Shown: positions 29,101 through 39,410, counted from the first letter of the stretch. The stretch is DNA of 64,000 nt from an uncultured Alphaproteobacteria bacterium (GCA_902599405.1 CACKFO010000002.1:14077-78076), one strand, 5' to 3'. Numbers and translations are program-made. Notes: generated from the sequence alone by a model not told the origin.

Positions 29101-30563
29101 ATATCAGTGCTTTTTGTATTTATTATAGATAGGTCCAGATATATATATATTTCTTTTAAAAGATTATAAAAACTTGGTTTAACTGTATTTCCAGCAGTCA
29201 TATATTTTCCGTATGATTCTTTTGGGTTTTGCATAAAAGTTAAATTTAAATATTTTGGATTATTGTATGGAAAAAAACTTATGTATGTAACATTTTGAAT
29301 TGTTTCATCGTTAGAGATAATTTGATCTGCAGTTCCAGTTTTACCTGCTACTAAAAAGTTTTTGTATAAGTCATTATTAGATTCATTTGCATAAAATAAT
29401 AGTTTGTTAATGGTATTAGATACTTTATTAAATCTATTCTTATTTTGTTTTTTACTTTTTTCAAATGTAACTATAAAATTTTCTCTGCCAGTTATTATTT
29501 TCCCGTAAGCATTAATTAGTTGTATTGGAGAAATTGATAATCCATAACCAAAAGGAATGTTGTCACAATAACTTCCTCTAAAATTATTTACTGTGGGTTC
29601 AACAGAATTCATTCCAAAACCAAGTTCAGTAGATTTTAAAAGACCTATTTGATCTAAATCAACTTTAAATTCATTTTGGCAATCTAGATTTCTCCTTATT
29701 AGAATTGCTCCTCTATTTGAGGATTTTTTTAAAATATCACCTACCTGCATTGGAATTTCACTATTCCTTGGATAATCATTAATGATTTTGGTACCAATGT
29801 GTACAGGCTGATCAACATCAAAGTAATCATTAATCTTAATTTTTTGGTTTTTTAAAGCAGAATACACTGTAAAAGTTTTGAAAACAGATCCAAAATCAAA
29901 TTTAAGATCCTTTAAAGGTAGTAAGGTTTGATCAAATTTATTGTTTACATTTCTATTATCTAAAAAAACATTACTCACTATTTCCTCTGTAGTTAAGTCA
30001 ACTAAAACATTGAGAGAGTAATCTGGATTTAAATTTATCGTATCTTGTAATAAAGAGTCATATATTCTCTTTTGTATATGTATATCTATTGATAAGTTAA
30101 TATCACTATTGCTTTTATCAACATATTTCTCAATTAACGAGACACCTTTATGTTCAATATTTGTGTGTCCTATCATGTTATTTGTAATTATTTTGTGTGG
30201 GTATTTTCTTGTAAGAATTTTTTCAAATTTGATGAATGGATCTCCTTTATAAATTGGCTCTAATATTTCATTAAGTGGTACGTTTCTTTTTAAATATTTT
30301 ACTTTGTTTTTAATATTTTTTATTGAATAGTTGTAGTCGGAGTAAGCTAAGGTAATTTTATTTAAGTCATAAATAGTTGGTAAAACTTTAAAATTACTAA
30401 CACTCTCGTTGGATTTTAAGTTATTACTATTATCAAAATTTAAAAATATTAATCTTATAAAAATAGCAGCGAAGAGAATTAAAATAGATAAAATAAAAAA
30501 ATCATAATAATTTTTTGTTTTGGATAGTATTTTATAGTCTGTTTCATTACTCAGGTTGAACAT
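29097..30563 (-). CDS. ftsI: Class B PBP FtsI (PBP3), shortened
   Basis: N-terminal TM; SVFK, SSN and KTGT catalytic motifs; dcw position. Confidence 0.88.
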   Translation of the reverse strand: MFNLSNETDYKILSKTKNYYDFFILSILILFAAIFIRLIFLNFDNSNNLKSNESVSNFKVLPTIYDLNKITLAYSDYNYSIKNIKNKVKYLKRNVPLNEILEPIYKGDPFIKFEKILTRKYPHKIITNNMIGHTNIEHKGVSLIEKYVDKSNSDINLSIDIHIQKRIYDSLLQDTINLNPDYSLNVLVDLTTEEIVSNVFLDNRNVNNKFDQTLLPLKDLKFDFGSVFKTFTVYSALKNQKIKINDYFDVDQPVHIGTKIINDYPRNSEIPMQVGDILKKSSNRGAILIRRNLDCQNEFKVDLDQIGLLKSTELGFGMNSVEPTVNNFRGSYCDNIPFGYGLSISPIQLINAYGKIITGRENFIVTFEKSKKQNKNRFNKVSNTINKLLFYANESNNDLYKNFLVAGKTGTADQIISNDETIQNVTYISFFPYNNPKYLNLTFMQNPKESYGKYMTAGNTVKPSFYNLLKEIYIYLDLSIINTKSTDI

Positions 30564-30843
30564 AATTGACCTTTATTATTGTAAAATCTTCAAACTCGTT
30601 TCTATCAAATTTAATAATTTTTTTATTTTTAATTAAATCAAAATTATTTAATTTATTTATCTGTAATTGATTTATTTGCTTTGAAAGTAAAATTTCTTTA
30701 TTTACATATTTTTGATGATCTTTGTCATAGTTTTTTTTTAAATAAGAAAGTTCATTTTCAAGTATTTTGATTTGGTTTTTAAAACTTAAAAATAATATTA
30801 TAAATATAAATAATAAAAAAAATTTAGAAGTATGATTAATCAA
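30547..30843 (-). CDS. Probable FtsL (TM plus coiled coil)
   Basis: Position between rsmH and ftsI; TM followed by heptad-like segment; sequence itself not recognisable. Confidence 0.55.
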   Translation of the reverse strand: MINHTSKFFLLFIFIILFLSFKNQIKILENELSYLKKNYDKDHQKYVNKEILLSKQINQLQINKLNNFDLIKNKKIIKFDRNEFEDFTIIKVNYVQPE

Positions 30844-31742
30844 TTAATAAATCTCCCTACTCTGAGTTTTGCAGATCTAGCCCTATTATTTTCTAAAACC
30901 TCTGATTTTGAGGCAATTAATGGTTTTTTAGTGAGATTTTCAAATCCCCAATTTTTTTTATTATTAAATTCTCTATTTTTCTTAACTTTATTTTCTTTAA
31001 AAAAATTTTTAACTATTCGATCCTCTAGACTATGAAATGATATTATTGCTAAATATGCGTCTATATCCAAGTAATCATGAACTTTTTTTAAGAATTCAAC
31101 TAAATTATCTAATTCTTTATTAGTTTCTATTCTTAAAGCTTGAAAAGCTTGTGTAGCAAAATGTATTTTTTTTGATCTAAATTTAACCCCACTCTCTTTT
31201 AAGACTTCTATTAATTCAAAGTTTGTATTAATTTTTTTAATAGATCTCTGATTAACTATATATTTAGCTAATTTTTCTGCCTGTTTTATTTCTCCGTATA
31301 AATCAAATATTCTTTGAAGTTCATATTTATCGTAATGATTTATAATTTTATGTGCATTTAAATTTCCACCTAAGTAATTCATATTTAAATTTGAATTTAA
31401 TTTAAAAGATAAACCAATATTAATGTCATCCAATTGATTGGATGAGAAACCCAAATCTAGTAAAATTAAATTAAATTTTTTTATTTCGAGATTTAATAAA
31501 TTTATATTTCTAAAATTAGCTTTATAAAAAAATATATTAGAAAAATTTTTTTTTAATTTTCTAGCAATAATCATAGAGTTATCGTCTTGATCAATAGCAG
31601 TTACAAAGTGACCACTTTCTAAAAATTTTTTAGTGTGTCCACCTCCTCCAAACGTACAATCTAAAATAGATAAATTTTTTTTATTGTTAATGAAAGAATG
31701 AATTTCATTTACCATAATTGGAATATGTTTATCTCTAATCAT
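30840..31742 (-). CDS. rsmH: 16S rRNA m4C1402 methyltransferase RsmH
   Basis: HIPIM, DCTFGGGGHT, DLGFSS, FQALRIE, SFHSLEDRIVK, RARSAKLR. Confidence 0.97.
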   Translation of the reverse strand: MIRDKHIPIMVNEIHSFINNKKNLSILDCTFGGGGHTKKFLESGHFVTAIDQDDNSMIIARKLKKNFSNIFFYKANFRNINLLNLEIKKFNLILLDLGFSSNQLDDINIGLSFKLNSNLNMNYLGGNLNAHKIINHYDKYELQRIFDLYGEIKQAEKLAKYIVNQRSIKKINTNFELIEVLKESGVKFRSKKIHFATQAFQALRIETNKELDNLVEFLKKVHDYLDIDAYLAIISFHSLEDRIVKNFFKENKVKKNREFNNKKNWGFENLTKKPLIASKSEVLENNRARSAKLRVGRFIN

Positions 31743-32155
31743 TTAAATTTTGCTCGAGAAATTTTTTTGTGAGTTTCTCCCAATTTTTTATCCCAAATTT
31801 CAAAATGATTTCCTTTACCTATAAAAATTATGTCTTTTGATAATTTTGAAAATTTTTGAAGCTGTTCCTTTACTGTAAATCGACCCTCTTTATCTACATA
31901 AATTTCTTCTAAATCAGATAGAATAGCAGTTTTAAAATGATCATTTTTTTTTGAGAAGAAATCTTTCTCATCAAAACTTTTAATTAAAACATTTATTTTA
32001 GAAGATAGGTGCACTTCAAGACATTCATACTTCAAACTCTTAAATATAAATGTTTTTTCTTTAAAGCTATTTATTGTTGATCTAAAAGAAGATGGTATAG
32101 CAACTCTATTTTTTGAATCAATAATTCCATAAAAAGATGATAAAAACATTAACAT
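31739..32155 (-). CDS. mraZ: Transcriptional regulator MraZ
   Basis: IDSKNRVAIP..FR and DKEGRF repeats, G.GNHFEIW. Confidence 0.93.
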   Translation of the reverse strand: MLMFLSSFYGIIDSKNRVAIPSSFRSTINSFKEKTFIFKSLKYECLEVHLSSKINVLIKSFDEKDFFSKKNDHFKTAILSDLEEIYVDKEGRFTVKEQLQKFSKLSKDIIFIGKGNHFEIWDKKLGETHKKISRAKFK

Positions 32156-32187
32156 GGTCTTAAATGGGATTATATGGGATTTTATGT
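32154..32187. promoter_or_regulatory. Putative MraZ-binding direct repeats
   Basis: ATGGT, ATGGGA, ATGGGA and ATGT at 32154, 32164, 32174 and 32184 (exact 10-bp period) at the mraZ start. Confidence 0.7.
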
Positions 32188-32202
32188 AAATAGTAAATAG
32201 TA

Positions 32203-32530
32203 TTGGGTAGCTATAAGCTGAGTTCTGTATTAAAATAATGCAGTCATTTATCTAGATTGACTATTACTAGCCAACTCAAGCGATCAACCCAGGCCTACTG
32301 TAGAAAAAGTATTAGCCTCTATTCGATCTTACTCGTGATAGGGTTTACATATTGCGATACTATTCATGTATCCGGTAAGCTCTTACCTCACCTTTTCACC
32401 CTTACCTTACGGCGGTTTATTTCTGCTGCACTTTCCCTAAGGTTACCCTCGACGGATGTTATCCGTTATCACTTTCTACACGAGCTCAGACTTTCCTCTT
32501 TGTAAAACAAAGCGACTGCCCGCTACCCAA
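32203..32530 (-). ncRNA. rnpB: RNase P RNA (type A)
   Basis: GAGGAAAGUCUGAGC and ACAGAACUCAGCUUA (P4, compensatory changes); terminal P1 UUGGGUAGC/GCUACCCAA; upstream of mraZ. Confidence 0.97.
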
Positions 32531-32547
32531 GTTTATATTATACAATA

Positions 32548-33243
32548 TTAACTAAATAATAAATTATAAAAATCTTTTATGAATTTTTTAGATTGATTAG
32601 GGCTTATATATTTGTAGTTTAAAGATCTTTTAACTGACATTATACAGAATTTTTTATATTTTTTTATATATGTTTCATGAAAACCGTATAGTTTTAACAT
32701 TTCATCTACACTGTATTTTTTTTTTGTTTTTTTTAAATTAAATCTACTAATACCAATTTTTTTTATAAAAAATTTCTCTCCTGGATCTTGTTTTCTATTA
32801 GGAGATATATCTGAATGAAAAACTATACTTTCATCTATTAAATTAAAATTTATTTTTAAGAAATTAATTAATTTTTTTAAAGACCAATATTGTTTATTTG
32901 AATAATTTGAATAACCAAAATCATGACCTTTATTTTCAAGCTCAATTCCAATTGAATAATCATTAATATTATTATTATTTTTCCATTTTGACTCACCAGC
33001 GTGCCAAGCTTTATATTTTGGGCACAATAAATTAAAGATAAATCCATTTCTAGAAATTAGATAATGAGTGCTTACATCTGATCTTTCATCTACTAGTTTT
33101 TTATATGCTAATTTGAGAGTTTTCATCCCTGTATAGTGTATGACTATATATTTGACTATTTTATTTTTTTTTCTGAAGCTATAATTCATCTGTGAAAAAG
33201 TTGATTCTAATTTTGTTATCTTTTTTTTTAATATCTTGCTCAA
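32548..33243 (-). CDS. N-acetylmuramoyl-L-alanine amidase (Amidase_2, AmiD/AmpD-like)
   Basis: IVIHYTG, STHYLI, AWHAGES.W, SIGIELEN, HSDISPNRKQDPG; start is TTG 33243 or ATG 33189. Confidence 0.92.
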   Translation of the reverse strand: MSKILKKKITKLESTFSQMNYSFRKKNKIVKYIVIHYTGMKTLKLAYKKLVDERSDVSTHYLISRNGFIFNLLCPKYKAWHAGESKWKNNNNINDYSIGIELENKGHDFGYSNYSNKQYWSLKKLINFLKINFNLIDESIVFHSDISPNRKQDPGEKFFIKKIGISRFNLKKTKKKYSVDEMLKLYGFHETYIKKYKKFCIMSVKRSLNYKYISPNQSKKFIKDFYNLLFS

Positions 33244-34058
33244 ATGATAAAGATGAATACGGTAATGATCAAAGTCTTTATGAAAATAATAAATTAGCGG
33301 ATTATGAGTTATTTGAATTAGCTAATTATTTTATAAGAACAGATCAGCTTGAATTAGCTTTTATAGAATTAGATAAAATAGAAGTGATTTATCCAAGTAG
33401 TCCTTATGCAAGTAAAAGTATGCTTGTTAGAGCTTATATTCACTTTCTAATGAAAGAATACGAAAAAACTAGGGCCTTAGCAGAAATGTATAAAAACTAC
33501 TATCCAGGAAGTAAAGATATTGTTTATGCAAACTATTTAGAAGCAATGACATATTATGTTTTAATAAAAAAATCTGATTACAGTCAAGAAAATACTAATA
33601 AAGCACTAGAAAAATTCAATTTTATTTTGAATGCTTACCCAAATAGTAATTATGAAATAGATATCTTAACAAAAATTAAATTATTAAATAATAATTTAGC
33701 TTTAGAAAAACTAGAAATAGCAAAATTTTATTTAGATAAAGGTAATTTTAATGGATCACTAATTTATTTATTAGATATATTCGAAAATCATAGTTCAAGT
33801 TTATCTATTGAAGAAACATTGTATTTAATTACAAAAATATATTATTCATTTGATGAATATGATTTATCAAAAAATTATGCCTCAATTTTAGCTTATAATT
33901 TCCCAGAAAGTAAGTGGTACAAAAAATCATATAATTTGATAAACGAATTAGAAAATGTAAGTGAAAATAAAAGTTGGTATAAAAAGTTTAATCCAATAAA
34001 AATATTCAAACAAGATAATGAAAATAATTATAATACTCAAATACAATCTATAGAATAG
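33192..34058 (+). CDS. bamD: Outer membrane assembly lipoprotein BamD
   Basis: Lipobox LISC, TPR-like YPSSPYA/YPGS/YPNSNY repeats, NFPESKWY; precedes recN. Confidence 0.9.
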   Translation: MKKLILILLSFFLISCSNDKDEYGNDQSLYENNKLADYELFELANYFIRTDQLELAFIELDKIEVIYPSSPYASKSMLVRAYIHFLMKEYEKTRALAEMYKNYYPGSKDIVYANYLEAMTYYVLIKKSDYSQENTNKALEKFNFILNAYPNSNYEIDILTKIKLLNNNLALEKLEIAKFYLDKGNFNGSLIYLLDIFENHSSSLSIEETLYLITKIYYSFDEYDLSKNYASILAYNFPESKWYKKSYNLINELENVSENKSWYKKFNPIKIFKQDNENNYNTQIQSIE

Positions 34059-34063
34059 TATTA

Positions 34064-35710
34064 ATGTTAGTTTCACTTGAAATTAAAAATTTTCTTTTAA
34101 TAAAAAAAATATCAATTAATTTCATTGATGGATTTAATGCTTTTACTGGTGAAACAGGTGCAGGAAAATCTATTATTATTGAAGGGCTCAAATTAGCCTT
34201 AGGTGCAAAAAATCAAAACAATTTAAATTTAAAAGAAAATGAAGTCTCATCAATCAAAGCAGTATTTGAAATAAATAATTTGATAAGAAGAAACCTTGAT
34301 GAACTAGATATGAGATTTGAAGATGACTATTTGATTGTAGAGAGAGAAATTAATTCGAATCAAAAATCTAAATTATTAATAAATGGCGAAATAAAACCCC
34401 TTTCTTATGTAAAAAGAATTTTAAAAAATGTTATTGAGTTTCAAGAAAATTTTGAACAGCAAGAGTTATTTGACAATAAATATTTTCTTAGATTTATTGA
34501 TAACATAGGTGAAATTAGAAAAAATGATTTAAATTTAAAATTTGAAAAATTCAGAAATACAAAAAATATTTATCAAGCACATTTAGATAATGAAAAAAAT
34601 ATCAATGAGAAGCTTGAGATATTGAAAGTTAAAAGAAATAAAATTAAAGTTTTAAATCCTACCAAAAACGAATATGAAAAATTTATTGACAAAAGAAATC
34701 TCAATAAAAATATTAAAAAGTTAAGTGATATTTCAAATGAAATTAAAACGTCTGTAGCAAATTATAATTCAAACGATAGCTTAAATTTAATTGAGAAAAA
34801 CCTAAATAAATTAGAAAACATCGATCAAGAATACTCTGAGATTTCACAAAAGTTTAAATCTTTAATGTTAGATATTAATGAGTTAATTAATGAGTTAGAA
34901 AATAAGTTTAATTCTTTAGACTATGAGGAATTAAATTTTGATGAAATTGATGAAAAAATCTATCAATATCAACAACTCGCAAAGTTTTTTGAAGTAAAAC
35001 CTGAAAATTTATTTTCAATAAAAGAGAAAATCTCAAATGAAATAGAAACTTTAGAAAACTTTGATAGAGAAAAAGAAATAAAATTTAATAATTATCTTAA
35101 CGATCTTAATAGCTTTAAGGATGAGGCTTTAAAAGTATCAAAACAGAGAAAAAAGGAGTCAAAAAAAATATCAGAAAAAATTAATAAACAACTTCCAATA
35201 GTAAATATTGAGCAGGGTGAAATTTTGTTTAAGTTTTTTGAAAAAGATGAAAAAGATTTTAATTCACAAGGTTATGATGAATTAGATGTCTTATTTAGGA
35301 CAAATAAAAATTCTGAATTTAGTTCTATTAAAAAAGTAGCCTCTGGAGGTGAATTGTCTCGGTTATTACTGATAATTAAATCACTATCAGCTAATAATGA
35401 TAGTAATCTAACACTTATTTTTGATGAGGTAGATAGTGGATTAAGCGGTAAAATTGCATCTAACGTTTCTGAAAAAATTAATAATATTTCTAAAAAAAAT
35501 CAAGTTATAGCTATTACACATTCACCTCAAGTCGCCTCAAAGGCTCACAAACATTGGAAAATTGAGAAAATTATCAAAAATGATGTAATGACAAGTCAAA
35601 TCATTGAGTTAAATGATGAATCTAGAATCAATGAAATAGCAAGTTTAATAAGTGGAACTAAAATTACTGAAACTGCAAAAAAGGTAGCTTCAGACTTACT
35701 TCAAGATTAG
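34064..35710 (+). CDS. recN: DNA repair protein RecN
   Basis: GETGAGKS, ASGGELSR, IFDEVDSG, ITHSPQVA. Confidence 0.96.
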   Translation: MLVSLEIKNFLLIKKISINFIDGFNAFTGETGAGKSIIIEGLKLALGAKNQNNLNLKENEVSSIKAVFEINNLIRRNLDELDMRFEDDYLIVEREINSNQKSKLLINGEIKPLSYVKRILKNVIEFQENFEQQELFDNKYFLRFIDNIGEIRKNDLNLKFEKFRNTKNIYQAHLDNEKNINEKLEILKVKRNKIKVLNPTKNEYEKFIDKRNLNKNIKKLSDISNEIKTSVANYNSNDSLNLIEKNLNKLENIDQEYSEISQKFKSLMLDINELINELENKFNSLDYEELNFDEIDEKIYQYQQLAKFFEVKPENLFSIKEKISNEIETLENFDREKEIKFNNYLNDLNSFKDEALKVSKQRKKESKKISEKINKQLPIVNIEQGEILFKFFEKDEKDFNSQGYDELDVLFRTNKNSEFSSIKKVASGGELSRLLLIIKSLSANNDSNLTLIFDEVDSGLSGKIASNVSEKINNISKKNQVIAITHSPQVASKAHKHWKIEKIIKNDVMTSQIIELNDESRINEIASLISGTKITETAKKVASDLLQD

Positions 35711-35714
35711 TGTA

Positions 35715-37709
35715 ATGAAAACAAAAGATAATTTTATAAAACTTAGAGATGAATTAAAAACATACAATAAGGAATATTACAACTCAAATCCATCAATTGA
35801 TGACTCTAGGTATGATCATTTAAAGAAAAAGTATGAGCATTTACTATTTAATAATCCTGAGTTAAAACAATTTGACGACTTAGGTATAGGCACACCACCA
35901 TCATCAAAATTTGAAAAATTTAGACACTATGAACCAATGCTGTCACTTTCGAATAGTTTTAGTATAAGTGACTCAGAGGATTTTTTCGAAAAAGCAAAAA
36001 ATTTTTTAAAAAAAACAAATTTAAATTATATATTTAATGTGGATTGTAAAATAGATGGAGTCTCATTATCACTTATTTATAAAAATAATAAATTATTTAA
36101 AGCAATTACTAGAGGTGATGGACTAATAGGAGAAGAAATCACAGAAAATGTTCTGGGTATTAGAGGCATACCTAAATTTTTAAAAAGTTGTAAATCTGAT
36201 CTTATAGAAATAAGAGGTGAGGTATTTTTCTTTAGAAATGATTTTGAAAAATTAAACAAACAATTTGAAAAGAAAGATCAATTTTCTAATCCTAGGAATG
36301 CTGCGTCAGGGTCTCTTCGTCAGATTAATAGTGAAATAACTAAGGATAGGCCTTTAAGATTTATACCACATGGATATGGCAAATTTACTAATAAAAATGA
36401 GTTTTTGAATTTTGAAGAATTCTTAAGTTTTTGCAAAAAAAATAATTTCGATCAAACTGGGTATGCTAAAAAATTTACTAATTTAAAGAATATCTATAAT
36501 TACATTTCTGAGATAGAAAAAAAAAGGCTTTCTATAAATTTTGATATAGATGGAATGGTTATAAAAATTAGTGATCTAAATTTACAAATAATGTTAGGTA
36601 GTACCAATAAATTTCCTAGATGGGCAATAGCTGCTAAATTTAGTTCTGAGGAAGCATTGACTCAAGTTAAAAAAATAGAATTACAAATTGGAAGAACTGG
36701 AGCCATAACACCTGTTGCAAGACTAAAGCCGATAAATATAGGAGGCGTAATAGTGTCAAATGCAACTCTTCATAATTTCGATGAAATCATTAGAAAAGAT
36801 ATAAGAATTGATGATTTTGTTTGGGTAAAAAGAGCTGGGGATGTGATTCCATATGTAACTAAAGTAGATTTTAAAAAAAGAAAAAAAACTAGTAAAGCCT
36901 TTGATGTACCAAAAAAATGCTTGTGTGGATCTCAAATAATAAAAGTCGATGATGAAGCAGTACAAAGATGCAGTGCTACAAAAAATCTATGTAAATATCA
37001 AAATTTAGAGTCTTTTAAACACTTTGTTTCTAAGAAAGCTATGAATATTGATGGTCTTGGAGAGAAATTGATTGAAAAATTTATTAGTCTTAATCTGATA
37101 TCAAATAAAATTGATATTTATAAATTAGAAAATCACAAAGATAAAATTGTTAAGCTTGAGGGATTTGGAGAAAAATCCTTTTTAAATTTAATTAACTCAA
37201 TAAACAAATCCAAAGCAACCTCTTTATCAAGATATTTATTTTCTCTGGGTCTTCGATACTTAGGAGAAAATAATTCTGAGCTAATATCTTTGTATTTTAA
37301 AAATAAAATTAGATTTAAAAATTTTATTCAATCAAAAAAACTTAGAGAACGACTTGAAAATATTGATGGTTTAGGAGAAAAGGCAATTAATTCTTTTATT
37401 AATTACTTTTCTGATAAAAATAACCTTGAGGAGTCTTTTGCTATTCTTGATATGCTAGAAATTAAGGAAATTGAAAATAATAAAATCAATCTTAATAAAA
37501 GTATATTATTTACTGGAACTCTAAAAAAAATGTCAAGAGATAGAGCGAAAGAGTTGGCCAAAAAAAAAGGATACAAAATTGCCTCTAACGTTTCAAAAAG
37601 TTTAGACATACTTGTGTTTGGAGAAAAGTCAGGCTCCAAATTAAAAAAAGCAAAAGATTTAAAAATTAACATTTTAAATGAAAAAGATTTTTTAAATCTT
37701 ATTAATTAA
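35715..37709 (+). CDS. ligA: NAD-dependent DNA ligase
   Basis: PMLSL, KIDG, TRGDG, NPRNAASGSLRQ, four-Cys finger, C-terminal BRCT. Confidence 0.98.
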   Translation: MKTKDNFIKLRDELKTYNKEYYNSNPSIDDSRYDHLKKKYEHLLFNNPELKQFDDLGIGTPPSSKFEKFRHYEPMLSLSNSFSISDSEDFFEKAKNFLKKTNLNYIFNVDCKIDGVSLSLIYKNNKLFKAITRGDGLIGEEITENVLGIRGIPKFLKSCKSDLIEIRGEVFFFRNDFEKLNKQFEKKDQFSNPRNAASGSLRQINSEITKDRPLRFIPHGYGKFTNKNEFLNFEEFLSFCKKNNFDQTGYAKKFTNLKNIYNYISEIEKKRLSINFDIDGMVIKISDLNLQIMLGSTNKFPRWAIAAKFSSEEALTQVKKIELQIGRTGAITPVARLKPINIGGVIVSNATLHNFDEIIRKDIRIDDFVWVKRAGDVIPYVTKVDFKKRKKTSKAFDVPKKCLCGSQIIKVDDEAVQRCSATKNLCKYQNLESFKHFVSKKAMNIDGLGEKLIEKFISLNLISNKIDIYKLENHKDKIVKLEGFGEKSFLNLINSINKSKATSLSRYLFSLGLRYLGENNSELISLYFKNKIRFKNFIQSKKLRERLENIDGLGEKAINSFINYFSDKNNLEESFAILDMLEIKEIENNKINLNKSILFTGTLKKMSRDRAKELAKKKGYKIASNVSKSLDILVFGEKSGSKLKKAKDLKINILNEKDFLNLIN

Positions 37710-39410
37710 ATTCTTTAAAAAATAATTCCTATATTCATCACTTAATCTAGATTGGAAATTTACATAAATTTTCTTATGATATTGTTTGATATATTTTCTC
37801 TCAAAATTTGTAATTAACTTAAAATCAATTAGGTCTAATTCATAGGGTACTAATGTGATATTTTTTAAAATAAGGCTTTTATCTGAAGTTTTTGTTACGT
37901 ATAGATTTTCTACTCTCAGACCAAATTTTCCCTCTATATAACAGCCTGGTTCGATAGAAAATAAATTATTATTAGTTAAGATGTCCTTGGATCTTGGAGC
38001 AATAATTGGATATTTTTCATGCACATCACCAAAATTACCTACTCCATGGCCTGTCCCATGACTGTAATATATCTTATATTTGGATAGATAGTTTCTGATA
38101 AATAAATCTACTTCTGAAGATATTGTATTTTTTGGAAATATTTTGTTTTCAATTTTAATTAGAGACTTTATTAAATAAGTGTAAGTATATTTAATTCTAT
38201 TAAGATTTTTTGTTCCAACTTTAATTACCCTTGTTACATCTGTAGTGCCCTCTAAATATTGAGCGCCAGAATCAATTAATAATATATTTCTATTTTTAAA
38301 AGATAAAGATTTCTCAGGAGTTGGTTTATAATGAATTATGGCTGCATTTGAGTCAAAAGCACTAATATAATCAAATGAATTCCTGAAAAAATTAATACCC
38401 TCTTTTCTTTTGTTGTATAGACATTCTGAGACTTCGTATTCATTTTTAGGGTTTATGTTTTTTTGTTTTAAATCAATAATAAATTTAAGTACAGCTAAAC
38501 CATCTTCAATATGGCATGCTTCTATATTTTTAATTTCTTTCGATGTTTTGCGACCTAAATATTTCAAAATATTAATTTTAGTATCAGATAAATTTAAAAA
38601 TTTAGATAATCGCATATACATGTTTAAATTTAAAAATTCATAAGAAGACTCTATATTTTTAAATTTTGATAGTTTAAGAAATTTAATAAATCCATCTTCT
38701 CTTAAGATTTTAAAATTATTACTTATTTTACTTATTTTATTTAAGTTAAAGTTACTTGTTATCAAAATAGGTTTGATATTTTTTTTTGGAATAAATAAAC
38801 CTGCAAATGGTTTGGTGGAATTCCATAATTCAAAAGATCTAATATTTAATAGGTATGCTACCTGTGCATTATTCCAAATTAATATACCCTCAGTTTTAAT
38901 ATTATTTTTGATTTTTTTTAAATTATCATAAAACATCCTTGGAACTAAATATTTTGGCATGCTTAATGGATAAGAAATATTAAAATTTGGATAATAATTT
39001 TTTTTAAAGAAAATTTTTAATTTTGGTTGAATAATAATTTTATTTTTTTCTAATTTTGAATTTAACTCTTTAAATTCTTTAACTGAAATTATTTTAGAGT
39101 CTAAAATACCTGATAATTTATTGTTTTGCATAATTAAATAATCAGCAATGGTTGTTTCACTTAAATTATAAATTTCACAATTGTTCTTAAAAAATTTTTT
39201 AGCTGCCAAAGTGTAACGTGAGTCAGTAAAAAAAATGAATTTATTTAAAAAAAAAAGTATGTACCCTCTTGTACAATCGAATTTAAATAATTTATATATA
39301 TCCTTTAATTCTAAATTTGGACTTTCATTAAGGTGCAAGTCATTATTTGTAATAAGATAAAAATCTATCTTTTTATCCTTTAAAAATTTTTTTATTAAAT
39401 GAGGTTTCAT
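37692..39410 (-). CDS. Xaa-Pro aminopeptidase (M24B)
   Basis: DSGAQYLEGTTDVTR, HGTGHGVG, VHE, SIEPG, GLRVEN. Confidence 0.93.
   Translation of the reverse strand: MKPHLIKKFLKDKKIDFYLITNNDLHLNESPNLELKDIYKLFKFDCTRGYILFFLNKFIFFTDSRYTLAAKKFFKNNCEIYNLSETTIADYLIMQNNKLSGILDSKIISVKEFKELNSKLEKNKIIIQPKLKIFFKKNYYPNFNISYPLSMPKYLVPRMFYDNLKKIKNNIKTEGILIWNNAQVAYLLNIRSFELWNSTKPFAGLFIPKKNIKPILITSNFNLNKISKISNNFKILREDGFIKFLKLSKFKNIESSYEFLNLNMYMRLSKFLNLSDTKINILKYLGRKTSKEIKNIEACHIEDGLAVLKFIIDLKQKNINPKNEYEVSECLYNKRKEGINFFRNSFDYISAFDSNAAIIHYKPTPEKSLSFKNRNILLIDSGAQYLEGTTDVTRVIKVGTKNLNRIKYTYTYLIKSLIKIENKIFPKNTISSEVDLFIRNYLSKYKIYYSHGTGHGVGNFGDVHEKYPIIAPRSKDILTNNNLFSIEPGCYIEGKFGLRVENLYVTKTSDKSLILKNITLVPYELDLIDFKLITNFERKYIKQYHKKIYVNFQSRLSDEYRNYFLKNLINKI

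Noticed and set aside
32257-32505. 82-aa ORF on the plus strand
   Set aside because: Antisense to the RNase P RNA, which explains the locally higher GC.
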